Source of the DNA: an uncultured Candidatus Saccharibacteria bacterium
GTDB taxonomy: Bacteria; Patescibacteriota; Minisyncoccia; UBA6257; UBA9933
Assembly: GCA_964453135.1 (NCBI GenBank)
Contig: CAYVOL010000001.1
Location: forward strand, 88,895 to 152,894
Length of the DNA stretch: 64,000 nucleotides
Reading direction: 5' to 3'
Shown: positions 27,216-35,737 of the stretch, piece after piece
Numbering within the stretch: the first letter of the stretch is position 1
Layout: each line of letters begins with the position of its first letter
Notes under the pieces: generated by a model
The model's database searches: none
Told to the model about the DNA's origin: nothing
What the model saw: the letters and a program-made list of their open reading frames with translations, nothing else
Made by a program: the position numbers and the translations under genes

Positions 27216-28553
27216 TTACTTAACTAATAATCTTCTCATTCTAATCCCCTGGCTAATAAACTCTCCCAAGGATATGGTTTTAAAAATATCGCGCCACATT
27301 AAAATTTCTCCTTTTAGGCCGCTCCGAAATCCGTTTTTCTTCACCTTGCGATTATTGTACACTTTTTCCATTATAACGCTTCTGATGCGCAATCTATTTC
27401 CTATTATTATCTTGTTGAGAAAAACTTCTAATCCGAAACTTTTTAATTTTTTCATTTCTTCCAGCCGCGCCGCCACTATTGATTTCGGAAATACTCTTTC
27501 GCCGCTCATAAAATCTATCCCGATTATCTTTTTCATCCAGCGCGGGGTATTTTCTCTTATGCTTATTGCCGCGTCCGCTTGTCCGGACGCCACCGGCTCT
27601 ATCAAGGAAACAATGTTTTCGGATTTCAAACCAAGAAGGTCCGCGTCCAGCATTACAATGTGCTCACCCGAAGATTCCGCTATTCCTCGGGCAATACTCG
27701 CGCTTTTTCCCAGATTTTTCTCATTCGTCAATAATTTTACTTCCGGAAATTTTCTTGCCGTTTCTCCGGTTTTATCCGCAGAGCAATCGTCTATCACGAT
27801 TATTTCGCGCAAAAAACCAGATGCGCCAATTGCCGCCTGAAGAGTATTGCTGATTGTTTGCTCTTCGTTGTAAGCGGGAATAACGCAGGAAAAATTTTTC
27901 TTGTTTTCTCTTAATTTTTCGGATGCGGGAATGATTTCTTTTCTTTTTTCCAAAATTTTTTCTTCTTTTTCCTCTAAAAACAAGACTTCTTTCTGCGAAC
28001 GACGGGCCAAATTATACAGCGCGGCGAAAACAATCGCCAGCGCCGTAGCGATAAAATATGCTTCTCCAAAATATCTGCTGATAACCGAGTAAAAACTTCC
28101 CGCGGCGTAGCCAGCTCCCATCAAAACGCTGTACTGAATGGCGCTGATAGGGACAGTGTAAGAAACAAATTTTTTATAAGATATTTTCGCCATTCCGGCG
28201 CTGGTTAAAAATATCGCCGCCATGCCGTAAGCCAGCTTGCCAAAAAACATCATTCGGAAAGGATAGTCGTTCCACAATCCTTCAACTATTGGAAAATGTT
28301 TCTGGAATTTTTTGGACTGGAAAATATACTTTTCAATAACTTTAATACTGTCCGCAAAATAGCCGAGAAGATACAAAAAAGAGTCCGGAATAAAATCGCC
28401 GAGCAGCAAGATAAAAAAGGCGGGCAGGAAGAGCAGAAAATTTGACCGGATTAAATAGCCGGCAAGCAAAGACACCACAGGGCCTTCGGAAGCGGCCAAA
28501 ATAAAAAGCGCGACATATTTGTAATGAAGCAAAGTTTGCAAGATGGGAATCAT
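27216..28553 (-). CDS. DedA (VTT) domain fused to a family-2 glycosyltransferase
   Basis: N-terminal EGP...GD...YLLG...AGM; C-terminal VIPAYNEE, IDDCSAD, NLGK, LDAD. Confidence 0.85.
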   Translation of the reverse strand: MIPILQTLLHYKYVALFILAASEGPVVSLLAGYLIRSNFLLFLPAFFILLLGDFIPDSFLYLLGYFADSIKVIEKYIFQSKKFQKHFPIVEGLWNDYPFRMMFFGKLAYGMAAIFLTSAGMAKISYKKFVSYTVPISAIQYSVLMGAGYAAGSFYSVISRYFGEAYFIATALAIVFAALYNLARRSQKEVLFLEEKEEKILEKRKEIIPASEKLRENKKNFSCVIPAYNEEQTISNTLQAAIGASGFLREIIVIDDCSADKTGETARKFPEVKLLTNEKNLGKSASIARGIAESSGEHIVMLDADLLGLKSENIVSLIEPVASGQADAAISIRENTPRWMKKIIGIDFMSGERVFPKSIVAARLEEMKKLKSFGLEVFLNKIIIGNRLRIRSVIMEKVYNNRKVKKNGFRSGLKGEILMWRDIFKTISLGEFISQGIRMRRLLVK

Positions 28554-29347
28554 AAAAAGTTTAGGCCGAAAACTTTCCGCGCGTTTTCGGTTGTTTGACT
28601 ACAGACAATTTCTAAAGAAACATTTTTTATTTCCGCCAATTTTTTGGCAATTTCTTCCAAATAAAACGGCTCATTTCTTTGTCCCCTGCGGGGCGCGGGC
28701 GCCGCGAAAGGCGCGTCGGTTTCCAGCAGAATTTTCTCCCATGGCAGACGTTTGATATCTTTAATATGAGAATAATTGGGAAAAGTAATCACGCCGGAAA
28801 AAGAAATGTAAAATCCCAAGTCAAGATAATCCCCGATATTTTCCCAAGCATCTTCACCGCTGAAAAAATGCATGACGCCCGCGCGTTCTTTTAAGAGTAA
28901 ATCGCGGTTGTCTTGTAAAATTTTCAGCATGTCGCCGTGGGCTTCGCGGCAATGGACAACCAGCGGCTTTTTTACTCCATGCGCCAATTGAATGTGCTTC
29001 AAAAAGGCTTCCTTTTGCTTTTCTTTATTATTCGCCGCATGGTGATAATCAAGGCCGCATTCGCCGATTACCGCAACTGCCGGCTCTTTGGCTAATTCTT
29101 GAAAAAAATGCGTGTCGTTGTCGGAAAAAAAATCTTTTTCAATATCGCCCGGATGGCAACCAACCGCCGCCCACATTTTGCCTTTATATTTTCCCGCCAA
29201 CTCCACTGCTTGCTCTGAACTTTTTTTATCCACGCCCACGTTAATCATCCCTATTCCGTTTTTCAAAGCGCGCTCAATAACCAATTCCCGGTCTTGGGCA
29301 AATCGGGGAAACTGCAGATGGGTATGTGTGTCAATTAATTTTAGCAT
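28550..29347 (-). CDS. tatD: TatD-family nuclease
   Basis: IDTHTH, IGECGLDY, HCREA, HFFSG, LETDAPF. Confidence 0.95.
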   Translation of the reverse strand: MLKLIDTHTHLQFPRFAQDRELVIERALKNGIGMINVGVDKKSSEQAVELAGKYKGKMWAAVGCHPGDIEKDFFSDNDTHFFQELAKEPAVAVIGECGLDYHHAANNKEKQKEAFLKHIQLAHGVKKPLVVHCREAHGDMLKILQDNRDLLLKERAGVMHFFSGEDAWENIGDYLDLGFYISFSGVITFPNYSHIKDIKRLPWEKILLETDAPFAAPAPRRGQRNEPFYLEEIAKKLAEIKNVSLEIVCSQTTENARKVFGLNFL

Positions 29348-29357
29348 AAATTGGAGT

Positions 29358-29447
29358 TGTCATTCCGAGTTCTCATTGTAGGAATCTTAACCAACAAGTC
29401 ATTCCTCGCCTCCGCCACCGCCGTGGCGGGGCGGAGGCGAGGAATCT
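29358..29447. repeat. Nested REP-like element
   Basis: GTCATTCC half-units; CCTCGCCTCCGCC[CCGCCGTGGCGG]GGCGGAGGCGAGG. Confidence 0.75.
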
Positions 29448-29454
29448 ATAATTT

Positions 29455-30804
29455 CTAATCCCTCGTAATCTCGCGCAAAACTTTCAAGGTTCTGCCTAAT
29501 TCTTCTTTTTGGGTGAATTTTCCGAAGCTGAAACGCAAACTGGAATTTATTCTTTTCTCCGGGAATCCCAGAGACTGCAAAACATAAGACGGCTTGGCGG
29601 AAAAAGAAACGCAGGCCGAACCGCGGGAAACCGCGATGCCTCTTAAGTCAAGTTTAATGAGTAATTCCTCGGCGCTATGGCGGGGAAAATAGATATTAAG
29701 GATGTTAGGCAAAGCATTATGGTGCCGCAATCCAACAGCTTCAAATTTTTCGGGCGTAAATCCGTTAATCGCGGCGTTAGGATATATTATTTTTAATTTT
29801 TCCCAAAAATAATTTTTCAATTCCATTATTCTTTTGGTTTCTTTCGCGCGATTTTCTTCCGCCAATTCAATTGCCTTGGCGAATCCAACAATAGCCGGGA
29901 CATTTTCCGTGCCCGAACGCCAACCGAATTCTTGTCCGCCGCCGGTTGTCGCGGGCATTAAATAAGAAGTGTTAGATTTTATATCGCGGAAATAAAGCGC
30001 GCCAATGCCTTTGGGCCCGTAAATTTTATGAGCCGACAAAGTCATTAAATCAACATTCAATTCATCAACGCGACAATTAAGAAATTGAAAAGCCTGCGCC
30101 GCGTCAGTATGAAAAATAGGGTACAAAGAAAAATTTTGAGAAATTTTGAATTCCTTAATGACTTGGGAAATTTTCACAACATCTTGAATGGTCCCGATTT
30201 CGTTATTAACGCGCATTACGGAAACCAAAGCAGTTTGCTCGTTCAGCGCTTCTTTTAATTTTTTCAAATCAATTTTTCCTTGCCTGCTAACCGGCAAATA
30301 AACGACTTCCACTCCGTCGCTTTCCAAATCCCTCGCGGTTTCCAGAACTGATTCGTGTTCAATCGCCGAAACTATGATACGGACGCCGTCCGACTTCCCG
30401 TTTCTTTTCCTAAATCCTTTAACAACTCCGCGCAAGGCAAGATTGTTGGCTTCGGTCGCCGAGCCGGTAAAAATAATTTCGCGGAAACCAACGCCGAGCG
30501 TTTGGGCGATTTTTTCCCGCGATTCGTCAACCGCCCCCCTGGCGATTTGCCCGAAAGAATGGAGGGAATTCGGATTACCGAATTTAGCCGAGGGCAACCC
30601 AAAATACGGCTTCATTGCTTTTTCCACATCGGGATCAATCGGCGTTGTCGCCGCGTAATCAAAATAAACCCTCACACCCTTAAAATTACTCCGGATTTTT
30701 TTTGCGAAGATACGACGTGTTTTAAAACTCTTAATGTTCTTTGTGTGAAATCCAACACTGCGCATAAAGGTGTGAGGGTAAATTCTAGAATAATTTCTCT
30801 TCAA
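29455..30804 (-). CDS. iscS: Cysteine desulfurase (IscS/NifS) with a 38-aa in-frame insert near the N-terminus
   Basis: YFDYAATTP, HTDAAQ, SAHKIYGPKG, GSAC. Confidence 0.92.
   Translation of the reverse strand: MKRNYSRIYPHTFMRSVGFHTKNIKSFKTRRIFAKKIRSNFKGVRVYFDYAATTPIDPDVEKAMKPYFGLPSAKFGNPNSLHSFGQIARGAVDESREKIAQTLGVGFREIIFTGSATEANNLALRGVVKGFRKRNGKSDGVRIIVSAIEHESVLETARDLESDGVEVVYLPVSRQGKIDLKKLKEALNEQTALVSVMRVNNEIGTIQDVVKISQVIKEFKISQNFSLYPIFHTDAAQAFQFLNCRVDELNVDLMTLSAHKIYGPKGIGALYFRDIKSNTSYLMPATTGGGQEFGWRSGTENVPAIVGFAKAIELAEENRAKETKRIMELKNYFWEKLKIIYPNAAINGFTPEKFEAVGLRHHNALPNILNIYFPRHSAEELLIKLDLRGIAVSRGSACVSFSAKPSYVLQSLGFPEKRINSSLRFSFGKFTQKEELGRTLKVLREITRD
30665..30782. mobile_element. 110-bp MITE-like insertion with 10-bp terminal inverted repeats and a 4-bp target duplication
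   Basis: TAAA-CCCTCACACC...GGTGTGAGGG-TAAA. Confidence 0.85.
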
Positions 30805-30852
30805 AAATTAAATTTCAAATTTTATATTCACGACAGGTTCCCCGCGGAATTC

Positions 30853-31647
30853 TTAATAAAATTTCCGGTTATAAATATCAAGAGCCAATCTTCCGTCTTT
30901 TCCTTGATCAGACCCCCCTTGATAAACGGTCACTCCGCAATTAATCGGCTTTTCCTCTTTGTCTACCGAAATAAACCGCTCTCTGTCCCAGCGCTCCAAG
31001 TTAGCCCTCAAACATAAAAGAGTCAAATGGTGAGAAATAACCAGGACATTCTGTTGAAAATTTTCCCTGATAAGCGTCGTCAAAAAGCTTCTTACCCGAT
31101 CTTTGACGTCCGCTTTGTTTTCTCCATTCAAGAACCGATACTCATATTCTCCTTCCAGTTTGAATAAAAGCCCCTGCAAGGGATTAAGCGCGTAATAAAT
31201 GCGCCAATCGTTGAAAATAGTCGCAATCCCGTGTTCCTGTTCGCGGATTCTTTCTTCGTAAACTTTTTTCACATTATCCAGCTCCGGCCATCCTTCTTTC
31301 AGGGAACCCAGCGTTTGTCTTGTTCTTAAATAAGGCGAAATATAAACGATATCGGGTAAAAGTATTTTATTTTTCAATTCCAGTCCGGTTTTTTTAGCCT
31401 GACTTATCCCTTCTTCCGTCAACGGAGTATCATAATCACTTACTCCCAATTTAAATGTTCGCCAGATATTTTTTGCCAAAACTTTTAATTCTTCACTCGG
31501 CCAATTTTCGTCTTCCGCCTTAGAAAAATCACGCTCAAAAATATCACAAAATTTTTCATAATCCGGATTATCCCGCTTCAAAATCCTCAGATAATTATAA
31601 GCGGATTCTCCGTGCCTTATAAAAGTTAAACTATTGGGCCATTTCAT
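30853..31647 (-). CDS. Histidine phosphatase (PGM-like) family protein
   Basis: IRHGES, DTPLTEEG, SPYLRTRQT, ISHH. Confidence 0.9.
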   Translation of the reverse strand: MKWPNSLTFIRHGESAYNYLRILKRDNPDYEKFCDIFERDFSKAEDENWPSEELKVLAKNIWRTFKLGVSDYDTPLTEEGISQAKKTGLELKNKILLPDIVYISPYLRTRQTLGSLKEGWPELDNVKKVYEERIREQEHGIATIFNDWRIYYALNPLQGLLFKLEGEYEYRFLNGENKADVKDRVRSFLTTLIRENFQQNVLVISHHLTLLCLRANLERWDRERFISVDKEEKPINCGVTVYQGGSDQGKDGRLALDIYNRKFY

Positions 31648-31700
31648 AATTTTATTAACCGCAAGATAAACACTGCCAATTGTTCCAACGAAATCTTTTC

Positions 31701-31790
31701 TGGCGGAGGCGGAAGGATTCGAACCTTCGATGCCATTTCTGGCATACCTGTTTTCAAGACAGGCCGTTTCAACCGCTCGCGCACGCCTCC
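31701..31790 (-). tRNA. tRNA-Ser(TGA), CCA encoded
   Basis: GGAGGCG acceptor, CCTGT-CTTGAAA-ACAGG anticodon arm, long variable arm. Confidence 0.95.
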
Positions 31791-31834
31791 AATATAATTC
31801 TTAATTTTTCCGACGAAGCGGTGGGATATTCTTG

Positions 31835-31905
31835 TGGACTCGAGGGGAATCGAACCCCTATCTTCCGGATGCAAACCGGATGCTCTGCCACTAAGCTACG
31901 AGCCC
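31835..31905 (-). tRNA. tRNA-Ala(TGC)
   Basis: G3:U70 pair; TCCGG-TTTGCAT-CCGGA anticodon arm. Confidence 0.93.
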
Positions 31906-31950
31906 GACTAAAATTTTATAACATAATTTTTTGGTTTTCTCAAAAACAAT

Positions 31951-31993
31951 AGGGGTCGTTCCTGTTTCGCTTGGCGAAACAGGAACGACCCCT
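31951..31993. repeat. Perfect 20-bp hairpin with TTCGC-TTG-GCGAA apex (possible terminator)
   Basis: AGGGGTCGTTCCTGTTTCGC-TTG-GCGAAACAGGAACGACCCCT. Confidence 0.85.
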
Positions 31994-32014
31994 GTAGAAA
32001 TTATTAATAAAAGA

Positions 32015-32674
32015 TCACGCCGCTCTCTTGCAAATATATTCTTTCACCTCGCGATACTGCTCCTGGCTGATAAACTGCTTATCCCGATAGAATTCAAGCA
32101 ATTCCGAGAGGCGCCACAGCGCGTGGAGTCTCAAGCCCGCCGAAGCAAGCGCTTCCTTTCCGCCCTGCTCGCGGTCAATGAAAACAGCCACATCTTCCAC
32201 TTTAAAACCCAGACTCCGAAGCGCCTCTGCGGCTTCAATTTTAGAATGCGCTCCGGTAACGACATCATCAACGAGAAGAACTATCATGCCTCGATAAACT
32301 CTTCCCGATGTCTTAACAATATGAGGAAGAACTCGCCGTTCGAATTTGTCTTCACCTTTTTTCAACTGCAAAAAGGAACATGCCGAGATCTTCGCAAAAG
32401 CGAGGGCAAAAGGATTGCCAGCAACAGGCACGCCGCAAACGGCATTGTAGGACAGCAATGTTTCAAAAGCACAACAATCCAGGCATCTACTTAACTGAAC
32501 AATGATATCATCATTAAGCGGATTAAGCGGTCCCTTGGGCGGTTTCCTGAAATTGAAGTAAATCGGAGACGGCGGGTCATTTGAACTTTTCTCGTGAATC
32601 TTCAATTGAGCCGCTCCTAATTCAACGACTCCAATTCGGAAAATTTCTTCCGCCAAAGATGGATTTTTAATCAT
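32015..32674 (-). CDS. pyrE: Orotate phosphoribosyltransferase-like protein
   Basis: SPIYFNFR, PRPP-binding LVDDVVTGAHS, FIDREQGG. Confidence 0.8.
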   Translation of the reverse strand: MIKNPSLAEEIFRIGVVELGAAQLKIHEKSSNDPPSPIYFNFRKPPKGPLNPLNDDIIVQLSRCLDCCAFETLLSYNAVCGVPVAGNPFALAFAKISACSFLQLKKGEDKFERRVLPHIVKTSGRVYRGMIVLLVDDVVTGAHSKIEAAEALRSLGFKVEDVAVFIDREQGGKEALASAGLRLHALWRLSELLEFYRDKQFISQEQYREVKEYICKRAA

Positions 32675-32782
32675 CTCTTCACCTCCCTAGCAGTTATTGC
32701 CGCATCAATCGCGCCTTAAAGATTCGCTGATTCTCCAACATCTGTCGAAAATTCCGCTCGCTCATTTTCGTTCCTCCTGTTG

Positions 32783-33658
32783 TTAGCGAATCGCCGCCCG
32801 CGCCAAATCATGAAGCGCGGCAAGCGACGCAAGAAGCGTTAATTGCTGAATTGGCTGATCAACATTATGACATGAAAATCTATAGCCCCTATCTAGCCGA
32901 CAATCAACCGGATAAAGTCCGCAACGATCGCCGGGACAACTTATGTTAAGCCAACCATTGTTGCCTTGAGTGTATGCCTGAAAATCGCGGTTATCGTAAA
33001 AAGAGATTTTGCCCTCCATTCGTTCATGAATGATACGCATTGCATCAATCATCTCGGAAATCGCGTCAACTGGCCGCGACCGCAGATACGCCGCAAGTTC
33101 GCAACCGTATTCGCCGTAAAGCGACCCGCCATGACTCGCCCTGATTGTCGTAGCCTCAACAATCATAAGCTGCGGGATTTTTGCCGTAGTCTCATATTCT
33201 GGAAACCGCATCGAATGAAGAAGAAGACTGATGGTTGCCGAAACAGCGAATGCCACTTCCCAATCATAATATGGGATCTTGCCGTTTTCACACAACAAGC
33301 AGTTCGCGTCCATTACTTCATCATATCCACTACTGTTACAACGTATGCAGATTTCATCCTTAAATTTCCTGACCAGCGGCGTAGGAATTTCGTACTCTAA
33401 AAATCCATCTTTCATACCGCGATAAATCAGAGAATTCTCAAAACCAAAGTCCTCGCCGAGTCTTCCATTGAATTTTTTGAATTGGAAGCTCTCTTTGAGA
33501 CCGATTACCAACGGCGCATTTGCCGGTATTTCTTTTGCACTATTCACAAAATCGGAATGAATGCGCAACAGAATCCCCGGTTTGTTATTCGTACCCCTAA
33601 ATGAAAGTTCGTACCAACAGGGTATTGTCTCACGCGTTAACATCTTAATGTCTTTCAT
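32783..33658 (-). CDS. Hypothetical Cys-rich protein
   Basis: 291-aa ORF with SD; CIRCNSSG / CLLCENG pairs; CPGDRCG. Confidence 0.8.
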   Translation of the reverse strand: MKDIKMLTRETIPCWYELSFRGTNNKPGILLRIHSDFVNSAKEIPANAPLVIGLKESFQFKKFNGRLGEDFGFENSLIYRGMKDGFLEYEIPTPLVRKFKDEICIRCNSSGYDEVMDANCLLCENGKIPYYDWEVAFAVSATISLLLHSMRFPEYETTAKIPQLMIVEATTIRASHGGSLYGEYGCELAAYLRSRPVDAISEMIDAMRIIHERMEGKISFYDNRDFQAYTQGNNGWLNISCPGDRCGLYPVDCRLDRGYRFSCHNVDQPIQQLTLLASLAALHDLARAAIR

Positions 33659-33764
33659 TTAATACCTCTCTTTCTATCTTATTAAGTTAATAATGTACAA
33701 AATAACCCAACAATTAGGTCATCAAAAAACCATACAGAAAATATCGAAAAGTGTCAAACAAAGT

Positions 33765-34163
33765 TCATTCCGTTGTCGCGCCGTCAAATTCGGCTTCGTT
33801 GGCTTCCGCCTCTTCTTTGGTCGCGCGCGCGATGCCGTCTTTATGGTGCGCGGGAGAATAAATGGTGTAGAGTTTTAATGCTTCGGTAGAAGAAGTATTG
33901 ATGACATTGTGCCGCGCTCCGGCCGGAACAATAATCGCCACGCCGTCTTCAAGCGCGTATTCATTGCCGTCAATAATGCATTTGCCTTCTCCTTTTTCTA
34001 TGCGAAAAAACTGGTCATTCTCGGGATGAACTTCCATTCCGATTTCTTCCATGGGCCTCAAGCTCATCAAAACCAGCTGGCTGTGTTTGCCAGTATAGAG
34101 CACTTTGCGGTAATGATTATTTCCCAAAGTGTCTTTTTCGATGTTAGTGTTAAATCCTTTCAT
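33765..34163 (-). CDS. Cupin domain protein
   Basis: EIGMEVH...DQFFRIEKG, VPAGARHN; ATG at 34163. Confidence 0.92.
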   Translation of the reverse strand: MKGFNTNIEKDTLGNNHYRKVLYTGKHSQLVLMSLRPMEEIGMEVHPENDQFFRIEKGEGKCIIDGNEYALEDGVAIIVPAGARHNVINTSSTEALKLYTIYSPAHHKDGIARATKEEAEANEAEFDGATTE

Positions 34164-34171
34164 AGTGTGAA

Positions 34172-34243
34172 CCCCGTTAGAGATAATTGGAACCAATGAT
34201 ATAACGAGGTTTATTTGAAAAATTACGTAAATTTCTAACGGGG
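34172..34243. mobile_element. 72-bp MITE-like element abutting the tRNA-Ala 3' end
   Basis: Terminal inverted repeats CCCCGTTAGA / TCTAACGGGG, flanked by TGAA / TGGA. Confidence 0.75.
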
Positions 34244-34316
34244 TGGACCATGCCGGATTCGAACCGGCTACCTCTTCTATGCCATAGAAGCGCTCTGCCA
34301 AGTGAGCTAATGGCCC
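34244..34316 (-). tRNA. tRNA-Ala(GGC)
   Basis: GGGCCAT/ATGGTCC acceptor with G3:U70; GGC anticodon; GGTTCGAATCC. Confidence 0.93.
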
Positions 34317-34332
34317 TGTTGGATTTTCCGCC

Positions 34333-34572
34333 TTATTTCTTTTCCCTCTCGCTAAAATAGTAAATGTAAAGAATTTCCAAAATCCCGAGCGTATTCACCA
34401 CAAGCAATGCCGCAAACCACCACAACTCTTCTTTTCTGGCCGACTTCCACAACGCCCTTCCTTTCCAATAGATAGTCCAAACCAAAACAATGACCAATAT
34501 GAACCAGGGCACAGTCGCCAAAGCGTTAAAACCGAGATAACCGCCGGACATTGCCAAAATATTGTTCGTCAT
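34333..34572 (-). CDS. DUF5652-family small membrane protein
   Basis: WKGRALWKSAR...WF...NTLGILEILY. Confidence 0.8.
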   Translation of the reverse strand: MTNNILAMSGGYLGFNALATVPWFILVIVLVWTIYWKGRALWKSARKEELWWFAALLVVNTLGILEILYIYYFSEREKK

Positions 34573-34695
34573 TAAAATTAGACGAGAATTGCGGCCGCGA
34601 ATTTTCAATGCAAAATTGAAAATTATTGCTACTTGCCCAATTCTTAGCTATGTTTATAGTGTATCTAAACTATCTTTATTTATCAATATAATAAA

Positions 34696-34767
34696 GCCCT
34701 CGTAGTTCAATGGACAGAACAAATCCGTCCTAAGGATGAAATGGGAGTTCGATTCTTCCCGAGGGCA
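34696..34767 (+). tRNA. tRNA-Arg(CCT)
   Basis: GCCCTCG/CGAGGGC acceptor stem; CCT anticodon; GTTCGATTC. Confidence 0.9.
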
Positions 34768-34780
34768 CTGGAAATAAAAT

Positions 34781-34872
34781 GGTGAGGTGGCTGAGTCCGG
34801 TTGAAGGCGCCACACTCGAAATGTGGTGTGCTCGAAAGGGCACCGTGGGTTCGAATCCCACCCTCACCGCCA
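34781..34872 (+). tRNA. tRNA-Ser(CGA), CCA encoded
   Basis: CCACA-CTCGAAA-TGTGG anticodon arm; long variable arm. Confidence 0.95.
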
Positions 34873-34930
34873 GTAGTTTTAGGGCTTAGATAAAGGTGTT
34901 TTAAAATAGAGAGGCAAAGGGATTTGAACT

Positions 34931-35524
34931 ATGGACGAAAAAACGATACAAACCTATAACCAGATGGCCAAAGAATACGATGATGAAACCATCGATTTTT
35001 GGGAGCGATTTCCTCGAACTTTTTTCGATAAGTTTGCTGAATCAACGAAAGGTACAGTCCTCGATGTTGGCAGCGGCCCAGGGAGAGATGGATTGTTATT
35101 GAAAGAAAAAGGACTTGAAGTTGTTTGCCTTGATGCTTCCGAATCCATGATCAAACTATGCAGAGAGAAAGGATTGGAATCTGTGCTCGGTGATTTCACC
35201 ACCATGCCGTTCGAAAACAATTCTTTTGATGGTGCATGGGCATATACTTCGCTTCTCCATATTCAAAAAGCAGATGTATCAAAAGCCTTTAACGAGATAC
35301 ACAGAGTATTGAAGGGCGACGGAATTCTCGGACTAGGTTTGATAGAAGGAGAAGCAGGGGAGTATCGCGAAAGCTCTGGGGTAAACATGTCCCGCTGGTT
35401 CAGCTTCTACTCAAAAAAAGAAATAGAAAATCTATTGGATAATCACGGTTTCAAGGTCTTGTATTTTGAACAGTTCAAACCTAGATCTAAGAATTACCTG
35501 AACTTTATTGCCCAAAAGAAATAA
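34931..35524 (+). CDS. Class I SAM-dependent methyltransferase
   Basis: VLDVGSGPGRD, LDAS, FDGAWAYTSLLH. Confidence 0.9.
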   Translation: MDEKTIQTYNQMAKEYDDETIDFWERFPRTFFDKFAESTKGTVLDVGSGPGRDGLLLKEKGLEVVCLDASESMIKLCREKGLESVLGDFTTMPFENNSFDGAWAYTSLLHIQKADVSKAFNEIHRVLKGDGILGLGLIEGEAGEYRESSGVNMSRWFSFYSKKEIENLLDNHGFKVLYFEQFKPRSKNYLNFIAQKK

Positions 35525-35737
35525 CCGTTATATCAAATATAGCTGATTGTGACTGATTATGGCGGCAAATTTAGTAAACTTTTTGCGCAAATTCTGGGAT
35601 TTCGAAATGAGTAGGGTTTTCTTTGTAAATATACCTCAGTTTTTGTATAGTTTTATCAATTATTCTGAAATTCAGCCGCTTCGGTTCTAACTTCGGGACA
35701 TCGTCACCGCCAGGAATATTTTTTAATTCAGCAACTG

